Assembly (NCBI GenBank): GCA_044892525.1
Contig: CM097885.1
Location: forward strand, 9,674,001-9,738,000
Length of the DNA: 64,000 nucleotides
Direction: 5' to 3'
Source: Schmidtea polychroa
Lineage: Eukaryota
In this document: piece by piece, positions 14,571 to 26,100 of the stretch
How positions within the stretch are numbered: position 1 is the stretch's first letter
Layout of the letters: each line of letters begins with the position of its first letter
The notes under the pieces: model-generated
Told to the model about the DNA's origin: nothing
Databases searched by the model: none
What the model saw: the letters and a program-made list of their open reading frames with translations, nothing else
Position numbers and translations under genes: made by a program

Positions 14571-14710
14571 ATAAAAAAAAATTTGGACCAAAAATCCCTG
14601 AAAGCAAAAAAATGAGTTGGGAACAATTGCGTAATAAAAAGTTGGGAACAACCCCCCCCCCCGGCGGGGGGGGGGGTAATTGTTCCCGTGGGCTAGTTTC
14701 TACCTACTAA

Positions 14711-17194
14711 CGTCCTGCTTTTGAAAGACATATAGGTCTTTGTAGGAAGAATGTGGAGCGGACGACTCTATACTCAATGCCAGAGAATAAATATATCGAA
14801 TTTAAAGACTGGAGTAAAACTATAAAACAGCAGTTTGTTGTCTACGCGGACTTTGAATCAATATTACCTCTAGATGACAAGCACTTCCAAAAACATGAGC
14901 CGATTGCATCTGAATTTGTGCTTCTTCATCAAGGTTGTCCGATTCGAAATGAAACATTTGTTGGGAAAAACTGTATCATTCAGTTTATACAAGCATTGGA
15001 TGATATAGCTACAGACATAGTTTATCCGTGGTATAAAATTAATGGATCGAAGGAAATGATGGAACTCACTTGGGAACAGCAGGAAGAATTTACGAATCAA
15101 ACTCATTGCTACCTTTGTAAAAAGATTATCAATATACCTGTTCGGGATCATGATCATTTTACCGGTCAATATCTCGGAGCAGCGTGTCAAGATTGTAATT
15201 TGGCTAGAAGAATCAATCCGTCTTTACCTGTTGTATTTCATAATCTTCGTGGATATGACATTCATCATATATTAAAATATGCAATTGGAAAATTCCCCGA
15301 TTGGAATTTAATTGTTATTCCTCAATCAACAGAAAAGTTTCTCACACTTACAGCGACATCGAAAGGCAGAAGAATTAGATTCATTGATTCTTTACAATTT
15401 TTAAATAGCAGCTTGGCAAATTTATCAAAAAACTTGCCACGTCTTCCACTTACTTCAAAGATTTTCAATTCGCATTTAATAACTGGTAAAGGCATATTTC
15501 CTTATGATATGGCTACATCAATGGATGTTTTACATTCAATAACAGAATTACCACCTATTTGGGAGGGAGTTAGTCAAGAAGATTATATACATGCAAATCG
15601 AATCTGGCGACAATACAACTGTGAGGCACTGCTAGATTACATGCTAGTATATCTCAAGTTGGATGTTTTTCTGTTGGCCGATGTTTTTGAAGCTTTCAGA
15701 GAAAAAACATTTGACGAAGATGGACTTGAGGCTCTATCGTTTGTTTCCATACCCGGATTAAGTTGGGCATCAGCTATTAAACAGTTACCTGAACCAGTAG
15801 AACTTATTCAAGATCCAGAGCTTTACCGTTTATTTGAAGCTGGTATTCGTGGTGGAATGACATTTATCAACAAACATCATGTTGAAGCTGATGAATCAAC
15901 ACAAATGTCATACCTAGATGTTAATAATTTATATGGATGAGCGCTGTCGCAAAAACTTCCTGTTGGTGAATTTAGATGGATAAATGATCAGACTGAAATG
16001 AATGGTATTGTTGAAAGATGTGCAAATGGGGATAAGTTTGATGGAGATCTTGGATATGTTCTAGAGGTTGACATCGTCATTCCTGATAGTATACAAGATA
16101 AACTAGATGATTTACCTATAGCTCCTGAGCTTTGTTATCCACCTGGTAGTAAAGTTGAAAAGCTGTTGTTAACTCATGAGCCTAAGAAAAACTATGTAGT
16201 TAATGGTAGAGTTTTGACAGAGTGGTTGAGTTACGGCGCAAAAGTCACAAAAGTTAATCGTGCTGTAGAATTCAAGCAAGTGGCTATTTTCAAAGACTAT
16301 ATTGATTACAATACCAAAATGAGAGCAGCTAGTACAGATTCGTTTCAGCGAGATTATTATAAGTTAAAGAACAACAGTTTATACGGTAAAACTGTGGAAA
16401 ACTTGAAGAAACGTATAAATTTGAGATTATGCAGCAAAAGCAAAAGATTCATAACTTATTGTAGTAATCCTATGTTTCGTCGTAGCATCAAGATTGCGGA
16501 TGATCTCATTGCTGTTATACTCAATAAGGAAATTGTGTGTTTAGATAGACCAATGTATATTGGACAAACCGTACTTGATTTATCCAAACTTCGCATGTAC
16601 CAGTTTCAATATAAAGAACTACAGAGTTATAGAGAAGAATTCAATTGTCAAATTAATATCGTAGCCGGTGACACAGATTCCTTCTTTTTAGAGTGTAAAA
16701 ATGTAGATTTACGCTTACAACTATATCCAAAAATGATTGCCGATGGGCTCCTAGATACTTCAAATTATCCAGTGACTGATCCATTGTTCTCAGATAAAAT
16801 TTGTTCGGTAATCGGGAAATTCAAGGATGAGAATAAAGGAAATCAATATAAAGAATGGGTGTTTCTTCGACCCAAGTGCTACTCACTCCAAGGCGATAAA
16901 AACACTCTAAAAGCCAAAGGAATAAGACTTACAAACTCTAATCTTACACATGAAGCCTATAAAAAAGTGTATACTGATGGTGGAACAGTGAGCATCCCAC
17001 AAAAAAGAATAGGAAGTGTCAATCATCAGTTGTATACTTTCATGACAGAAAAACGAGCTCTCCAATGTTTGGACGATAAAAGGTATTGGTACAATTGTAA
17101 TGAAAGTTATGCCTACGGTCACTATAAGATTCGCCAAATGCATATTGCAACTGCTATGTCTAGAAATGAATGCAAATCGAAACAAGCACTTTAA
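14711..17194 (+). pseudogene. polB: 5'-truncated protein-primed DNA polymerase B (Polinton type) with one in-frame TGA at 15938-15940
   Basis: Motifs YADFES, DHDHFTG..GAAC..CN (EndoVII-like), FHNLRGYD, KGIFPY, GIRGG, YLDVNNLYG*ALSQKLP (usually YGWA), KLKNNSLYGKT, GDTDS, PKCY, DDKR. The two track ORFs share one frame, which is open back to 14711. Confidence 0.93.
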
Positions 17195-18849
17195 CAATTA
17201 AATTTATGTGAATAATAAAATATATATTGTGAATTGTTTGACTTAGTTAATTAAAATGTGTTTTATCATTTAATTATTCATTTGTCCAATTAATTTAGAT
17301 AATTAGTTTCAAGTAAGAAATATTATTTTTGTGTTTATTTTATTTATTTATTTATTTTTTCCGAAATATTAATATCCAGTTTATCTAAAATTAACTCAGC
17401 GTTTTATTTTATAATAAATTAAATAATTTCTAATTAAAATTTATTCAAATTGAATAATTACTAATTAAAATTTTATTCAAATTGAAATATTATCGTTATA
17501 ATTTACCTCTTGTTAGAATATAATGTAAATGTAAAATTAAAAAAATAAAAAAATAATAATAATAAATAAAAAAAAAATAAATAGAAGTAATTAAATAAAA
17601 TTAAAAAATAAATTAATTAATTAAAAAAAAAAATAAAATAAAATAAAAATAATAATAATAATAATAATAATTAAATAGCATAAGTAATTAAAATAAAATA
17701 TTAATAAACTAATAAATTAATTAAATGTAATAAATTAAAATAAAACATAATAAAATAATTAATTAATAAAATTAAAATGAAAAAAAAAAAAAAAAAAAAA
17801 TTAAAAAGAAGTAATTAAATAAAATGTTAATTTAAAAAATAAATGATTCGATTGACCTATATTTGATCTGGACATTGGGATGACCTTGAAAGTGTCCTGG
17901 AGTCCTTACTATTCACTACTGATAAATTAATGCATTTATTAATTAAGCCTAATAAAAAAATGTGGTAAGGATAATAAATTATTTTATTTATATTCTCAAC
18001 GCCAGATGTGGCAATTACAACAACATTTAATAAATCTCAACATTAACAAACAAACATTATAATAAAAATTGTTTGACTACAAAAAAGAAAACGCAAATTA
18101 ACATTACCATATTTTCTATAAAATTAAATTCTATACTATACCAAATCAAACTTAATTAAAACAAAATCCATATCACAGAGAAGAAAAGATCAAATAGTAT
18201 ATCGTATGATATTTTATGTCTATACAAATATGATACAAATGATAATTAGACAATGATAAAGATCATAGTGATAATGAATTTGTCAGAATATGTTTGGAAA
18301 GAGTGGAAAAGCAATAAACAGTTTAAAAACAGAAAGTCTTTAATAAATTAATCAATTAATGAAAACCTGAGTTCCATAAGCAACAAGAAGAGTAAACAAC
18401 GTGAATTTCAAAAACATATTATCATGACAACTTGATTAATGGAAACAAGTGGAAAAAAGATTGTCATAATAGGAACACATGGTGAGGACATTAATTATTT
18501 TTATACGAAAACATATCATAAAGCAAAGATTGTCAAACAGATGTGATTTGATTTAACAACTGTATAAAGGATGTCTAAATCGTAAACCAGTGGCATTTAG
18601 CCTTAAACAAGGAAAAAGAAAATGAGAGTACGATTAAAGTAACAAAAAATGTTTTTGAAATAAATTTACAGAAAAACAAGAGAACAGGAAGGATGTAGAT
18701 AAACAGCAACACAATTGAAATAGAAAAAAGGTTATTATTATTATAATTATTAATAAGTATTCTGAGTCAAGTCAGTTCATAGTGAAGCCCATATTTCTTT
18801 GTAAATTTTATTCGATTTTTAATATCCAAAGTGGATATAAAATACAAGT

Positions 18850-19190
18850 TGGATGTGTTATTTTTTTCCGTCCAAAATATCTAACCCGTTGCCTTTATTA
18901 CATTTACAAACATTGCTATCTTTTTATGATAGATTCTTCAGTACCATGAAGTCCTTTCTATCCTGTATTTTATTTTTATTAACATAATCAGTACTACAAA
19001 CATTCAACAAGTTTTTTACATAGTTATTATTTCTTCAGCGAATGACAAAAGAGACGGTTGATAAATGGATTTTGAATATTCATGATCCTTGCACAGGTTA
19101 ATTTGAAAGTAATGATCGAAGTAAATATCGAAGTTAATATGTTGTCAAGTTTTAAAGGTGAAAATTGAGATCTAAGTACACTGATCAAAA
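18850..19190 (-). pseudogene. Probable Penelope-like retroelement relic (region upstream of RT)
   Basis: Minus strand reads LKNLS*KDSNVCKCNKGNGLDILD, resembling the PLE motif KADKGNxxVILD. An SVL..LNF-like stretch lies upstream. Highly degraded. Confidence 0.4.
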
Positions 19191-20150
19191 ATATGTGTTG
19201 GTATTACCTTAGTCTGAAGTTTTCAGAGAATTCAATCATAACATGTAGATAAGACTATATTAGGATTGTTTCAACGTCTTGCAAAGTTGGTAGCATGTTC
19301 ACTAATAAGTCTTCAACTCCAGTTGTTTTCGATTTTCATGTAATGGGTGTAATGCCACATACATCGGAGAGACTGGCCGTCATCTCTGCGATCGAGTTCT
19401 TGAGCTTTACCGATAGAATGGATTGACCCACATTAGTGATCATTTTAGGAAGTATACCAGTAAAAAAAGGTATTGCTGATTTTATGATCTTGTCAATAAG
19501 TTTGAGTAATTACTTGGAATGAGTAATATACGAGGCGCTGTTAATTAGATCTTTAAATAATATAATTAATATTCAAAGTGCCCAGTCTTTTTAATGTATT
19601 TAAATGTATTTAAAATGTATTTAAATACTTTCACTTGTATATTTTATATTTGGGATGATGTTGTTGTTAGTTTTTGTGTAAAAATCCATTTTTAAATTTA
19701 AATTTATTTTTTATATTAATTTGAAAAAAAGATTTTGTGTATGAGAATATTCACAATTTTTGTGCGTTTTTAAAATTAAAATAAGTTTTATATGATTAAA
19801 AAAATGTTTTTTAAAATTTTATTAAAATATCTTTTTGATAAAATTTGATTACGATTATTAGTTGTTACTTTGTTTGAATATTATTATTTTCATTTAGTCA
19901 TGAATGATACGACTCTTAGCCTTAAAAAGACTGTTAAACGGTCGAAATATAAAGCTATATTATATTTTAATATACTTAGTTGCCTTCGTTTTATAATTAA
20001 TAAAAAATGTTTAAAGTTTTGCCAAAAATAAGGGGGTCGCGACTGTAAAAAGTTTCGTTTTGTTATGTATTGTTAAACTTGGAATATCTTAGAAATGTTT
20101 GTTCAATAAATTAAAAATTATTGCTATTTAAATACTTATTAATATTCTAG

Positions 20151-23100
20151 TGAGCCAGAAAGACTTATTAATATGGAACCTCATAAAATTATTTTGGAGC
20201 TAGACTTTTGGATTCTTTGGATATTAATGTTTTTCAATTCTTTCTTGATTTATATCTTTTTGCCGATGTATAAAGTAAATTTTTTTTTTCATATTATTAT
20301 TAAAGCATATCACATTTGTACGCTTAAATTAAAGGAATTGCACTTACGCTTTCATAGATGTAATATACCATTATTTATAAATTATATCAAGGGAGTCTAA
20401 TTTTGGGAAGGTTTATCATGTTTTGGGATCCTTATAACTTGTGATTAAAGATATACAATAAAATACTTTAATGAATCATTTCCATATAAAATCAAGCCGT
20501 TTTTAAGACAAATTGTAACTGGAAAGAACAAAAATACTGTGCACAATTAAGGAAACTGAAAACAATCTTATGAATTTGCCAACAGGAAAGTCACTGAATC
20601 AGAACTAGAGATCATTCTAGAGAATTCGTGACAATAACAATGCGTAAAAAGGTTCCATTCATGAAAAGTGGACATTGCTCACAGGTGTGTTTACAGCACA
20701 TATCACTGGTATAAATAATATACAATGGCATAATCTGATAAGTCAAACAATCAAGATAATCAATCAAACATTCATATACATTAATTAAAGGAGTTAACAT
20801 AATATAATATATGGGACGAGGAAATCAAATATCCAAATACAATTACACCACAACTTTCCCATAGATATCAATAGTATAAATATCTATATCTCACAATGAT
20901 TGAAAGAAAATAACTCTCATAAAATAAGTGCATCTCAAATTATAAAATTAATTTGTTTCTATAATAAAATTTTTTAAATATAAATTAAAACTAACTAAGC
21001 AATGAATTTTATTTTGTTTTTATCTAGCATAAGGTGACCAACTATGCTCATTTACTGAGTTTTGTACACTTTTTTCGCTTTTTTTGTATAATTTTATACT
21101 CATTTGTATTTCTAAAACATTTTTTAGATTATTTTATTTCAATTTTATTAATTAAATATTTAAAAATATTTTGACAGTGATTTGATTTATTATAGTTTAA
21201 TTTTCATTTTACTTAAATAATAATATTTATTTAAAATCCAAATAAAAAATATATTACTAATTATTTTATAAACAAGAAGGAAAAATTGTTTAAATGAAAA
21301 TTTAAAAAGAGTTTCCGTTCATTGTAGTTAAAAATGGAAATGATGACTCCTTGGTTAAATGCACAATCTGCAATAAGGAATTTTCAATAAACGTCTCATG
21401 ACACAGAAGTTTCAACATCCAAACTGACAACATTTTTAAAGGGAATACTTTTAGAACTAATGAAAGAAAATTGACAGTTATGGAGGGTAACTTCGCTTTT
21501 CTCACAATAATCCATAATCAAAGTTTTCGCTGCATGGACTGTATTACATCGATCGCTCCCTCGTATTCTCGTAACTCCACTGCGTAATCTTCTATATCTA
21601 CTACATAGGAAACTAAATGGCTTCCGCGAATTTTCTTTCTTTCTTCGCTTTGATACAACTTTGATATACTTTGATATAACAGTTATAAATCATTGTTAAT
21701 GGTTGTTTTCCAATCATTCACACGTCTAGATTAATGTTGCCTTGCCTATCAGGCTGACTTCGGATTGCTTTCCATTTCTACTCATCAGCGCTTCAATTTG
21801 CATCTGGAATGGGCTTGTTTCTTTTACCACTGGTAGTATGAGTGGAATTATTGCTTCCAACAAATCTACTGGTATTCTTAATACTAACATCCAGTCTAGT
21901 ATTTCCTTTATGATTTCTCCGTCTCGTGGAGATTTTTGTAATTCTAACCCTAGTCGCTGAGTTAATTGTTGAGTTTTCTCCAATCTCTCGATTTCCATCT
22001 GAGTAATCAAGAATACACTGTCTTGATCTATCACTGCCACTGGCTTCGGTGCTTTCTTTGGGAGCTTGGTCACTCTTTCTGGGAGTATCCCGTTCTGTAG
22101 AAATGTTCGGTTTGCTTCTAGTTTTATTCAACATAAGTACAAGTCATATCCTTGATTCTTTATACTTGTCAAAGTCTCTGTTAATTTGTCGGCTCGACAT
22201 CTTACATTTATATCGAAATTACTCTTTATCCTGGGGGAGTCTTATATTGAGCTGAGCATCTTGGAGATCCCACTCATGCCCCATGATTTCTCTTAATTTC
22301 CTTAGGATTTTATATGTGTCGTTATGATACTTCGGATCATCTTCGACCTGTTTCAATTTCATCAATTTGAATCTCTGTTTCCCCCAATTTTTCTAATTTC
22401 TAGCCAGTTTCTGCTAGTACTCATATCTGGAATCCACCAGTTTCAAACATTTTGTTAGGGTATCTGTCCCTTCTTTTTCCTTTGCTTTCCCTGGCAAGGT
22501 TATATCGAACTCGCTTAGTATGGTAGCCATACTAGGTTCATTATCAGAACTTTCCTCTGATTCCGTTTTCTCAAGGTCTTCTCTAACGGAATCCTTTTTT
22601 CTAAGATATTTTACTTCGTCTCTTCCAACTTGTACTATAAAGATGATGCTTGTTTGGTCGGTCAATCTAGCCAACCTATTCTTTTCCTCCTGGATTTCCA
22701 TTTCTAGTTGTTGCAAATAAGTTAACCCTTGATCCTGGTTAACCATAATTGTCGTTTTAGGCTTGTTCACATTACCCTTATTAGTATTTTTATTGAACTG
22801 GCCTGTGTTACTACTCTAATTTTGAGGACATGACCTCATCATATGTCCAAATTTCTCACATCCGTGACATTTTATCTTTCCGGATGAATTTACATCATCT
22901 CGTTTAATTGTACCCAAATTATTGCTGTTCTGAAGACTTCTAGTCTTACAGACTGCAGCAACATGTCCCTTTCGTTTACATTTTTCGCATTGCAAATTCT
23001 GTACTCTACAATTTTCCGCACTGTTGTTATTCCCTCCACAATTAGTGCATTGAATACTTTTACGATTGTCCACCGTTTTCCTACAACTCTTTGCTATATG

Positions 23101-26100
23101 CCCTTTTCTATGGCAATTGAAACACTCTTCAGGTGTCCTCTCGCTGTTCACTATGAACATAGTCGATTTTTCCAAGCTGCTTTCGATTACTACCGCGTTC
23201 CGGGTCAATTCATCAAAATCATCACTAGCATGCAGCATTAAGGCGTTTCTCATTGTAGGGTTAAGTCCTGCCCACAACTGATCTTTGACCAACAATTCTT
23301 TTGGCTTTGCCCATGTGGTGTTAGGACCAAATGCTCTTTCAGCAATTAATGATAGCTGGTGTGCAAATTCTCCCACATGTTCATTGACATTCTGTTTCCG
23401 ATGATAAAATTGTTGCCTAAATATTCTTCCGGGCAATATTCGAGCAGTCATTGCTTCTCTCATTTCGGCCAATGTTTTCGGTGCTTGAGCAGCTGGTAAT
23501 GCTATTATATCATTATATTTTTTCCCTAGCAAGCCCCTTCAAATATATGGGTAATCTCTGAATCATGATATTATCTGGATAAGCATAAGCATTTGCCATC
23601 TGATAATACTCCGACATAAACTCGAGGAATTCTCCTGAGTCGCCGTTGAATGCCTTAACGGACAGAGCTGGATATCTGGCAAATGCATTTGCATTGGGTT
23701 CTTCTACCATTTGATTATCAAGTTTTACTCTCGCTCTAGTTCCTAACGCTATCTTGTTTATTTCAAATTCTTCCCGCTGATAATTTTATCACGTCGGGCT
23801 CACCAAAATGTTAGGTTTGATGCGGTATTCGTTCTAATACAAAAAGGTTTGACTCCACAGTTGTTTAATAGGTTGCGCGTGTAATATATGGTTATTAAAT
23901 GAATAAATAATAATATGACTTTTGCAAGTATTTATTTAAACTAATTAAATTACAAAGACTTATTAAATAATAAAACAACACTGGCTGCGCTCAAAGTTCA
24001 GAAAATCGGTTATTCAAACAGACCTGAAGGTTATTACAAAGTATCAAGGTTGGCCTAAATGCGCGAACAACCCGATATAGGTGCTAAAGACAAAGACGAG
24101 GGTGAATCCCGTTAATTTAACGATATAGTCTTAATCCCAGAAATGGATAAGACTTAAATTCAAAAAGCGAAACAGTAACAAAAGGCGTACTGACACTTTG
24201 ACCCCTTTAAATTTAAATATGTGTTGACACCCGTAAAGGTGTCAATAAAATTACAAGATCTTCTGAAACGAAATATTTTGGGAATTGGTTGTAATGCTCA
24301 CATTATATCAAATGCCATCAATACAGCATCAAGTTCAATGTCAATAGATGTGAAAGTAATCATTACAAATATATATTTATATTTCAATCGGTTTACAGTA
24401 CGGGTAGCAAGTTTGAAAGAATTTTGTGAAGAGGCTGGTGTTCAATACAAAATCTGCTTGGTTATTCCAAAGTCAGATGGCTTGCTTTAACTCCAGCATT
24501 AGAACGCGTTTTGCAGTTATATGATCCACTACGTTCATAATTTTTAAGCCTTGACAAATTTCCTTACATTTTGAAGAAATTCTTTCAAAACGATATGTCA
24601 GAACCTATGCTTTATTTTATTCACAGTCAGGCGTCGTTGTTTCATAAAATTACTCTACAAATTGAAGGAGATATAATTTCAGCAGGAGAAGTTTGTATTA
24701 TATTAAACGATTTCAAAATGCAATGTAAATCAAGATTTAATGATCGATTTTTACCACTAATTCTAAAGAATAAACTGACCGTTTTGGAAGATTCCAATCC
24801 CGGAATAAAAAATGAATTTTTAAAAGAAGTTAAAAATTTTTATAAAATTTGCTATGAATATATCGAAGAATGGATATTGAACTTTAGAGCATTAAATTGT
24901 TTCAAATGGACCCTTCTAAATAGTAAAATTGAATCGAAAGAAGTTTCTTCAGCAGTCGAATTTGTAATGAAGGAAGTAAAAGATATTGTTATTAATGACA
25001 ATTTTCTCTTTGAAGAAATTGGAGGAGTAAATTTATATTTAAATGAAGAAAAATTGAAGCAATGGAACGAATAGAAAATAGAACTTGACAAAAGATAGGT
25101 AGAAATCTTTCGGCATTTTAGAGTAGAACATATTCCACATGAAAATTTAAAATTTTAATAGAAATTTCCTTATCTTGTCCAGGCACTAATGACGCTGTTG
25201 AAAGGGTATTTTCACTAGGGAATGATTACTAGAGCAGTGAGAAGTCGCAACTTTCTGTAAAAAAACATTATCTACCGTTTAACTGTCAAATTTAATATGA
25301 AAAATGAAAGTTGTTCGGAGGTGGCTACATTATTTGATGAACATCCTCATTTAGCGAAAAAATCCACTCCGAAGAAAAATATGTTTTTAAAAGAAAATAA
25401 ATTTTTTATCGTTTTTTCTTCTTTTTTTGTCACCTATGAAATACTTGCAAAGTGTACTCTTTTTTAACAAAAAATAGTTGGTCAACTTAATTTAGTATAT
25501 AATAAGTATATATTAAGGTAAAGAGTAATATTAACCCAAATATGCCTACCATCCTTTACAAGAAAATATTTTCAGAAAGAAAATATTTAGTCTAGCACCA
25601 TTTTTACAGCGCCCGCAAATAAATCCCAAGAGCGCTGTAAATATCGCTGAAAATATTTTTTTGTAAAGGATTATAAAATAAATTATAAATTTATAATATT
25701 ATTATAAGAACTTTTATTTCTTCTAATTTCACCAGACTATAAATCAGTAATATATCGATGTTTGTTGATACTCACGAATTTTTGGCACTGCCTTTTTCAA
25801 TTGAATTTGATCATTATTACATTAAATAATTATTGTTGGGGGATAATAAATTTATTTCGTATTTTATTATCCCTCAGCAATAATTATTTAATGTAATAAT
25901 GATCAAATTCACTTGAAAAAGGCAGTGCCGAAAATTCATGAGTATCAACAAACATCAAACTCTCTTTTTAATTCTATAAATTTATATTCTAGAGATATGA
26001 AAAATATCTCATCAAACCGAATGAAAGTTTGAGTGATTATTTTAAAACATTGTCAATTATTTCTTCACTATTTAACTTTGCTGGGAGGATAATTTGGGGC

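Larger units (their letters stand above)
21550..24180 (-). mobile_element. 5' part of a Ty3/Gypsy-like LTR retrotransposon (LTR, PBS, gag, further ORFs; no pol seen)
   Basis: LTR 23809-24180 (TGTTAC...CTAACA on minus), PBS, then gag with CCHC knuckles. The 3' boundary is approximate. Confidence 0.85.
21030..25489 (+). mobile_element. Degenerate hAT DNA transposon (Blackjack-like ends) interrupted by a Gypsy element
   Basis: TIRs TAAGGTGACCAACTAT / ATAGTTGGTCAACTTA; 8-bp flanks ATCTAGCA / ATTTAGTA (6/8). Transposase fragments: BED finger KCTICNKEFSI and HNQSFRCMDC (~21300-21545), GIGCNAHII (~24280), and dimerisation motif PGTNDAVERVFS (~25180). Confidence 0.85.

Noticed and set aside
15938..15940. 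TGA at a conserved Trp position suggesting a UGA=Trp genetic code
   Set aside because: Other Trp codons in the gene are TGG and TGA terminates several Polinton genes, so a single TGG>TGA mutation is simpler.
20390..20620. Possible Tc1/mariner transposase relic
   Set aside because: Only a vague W.G.S..G resemblance; no TIRs found.
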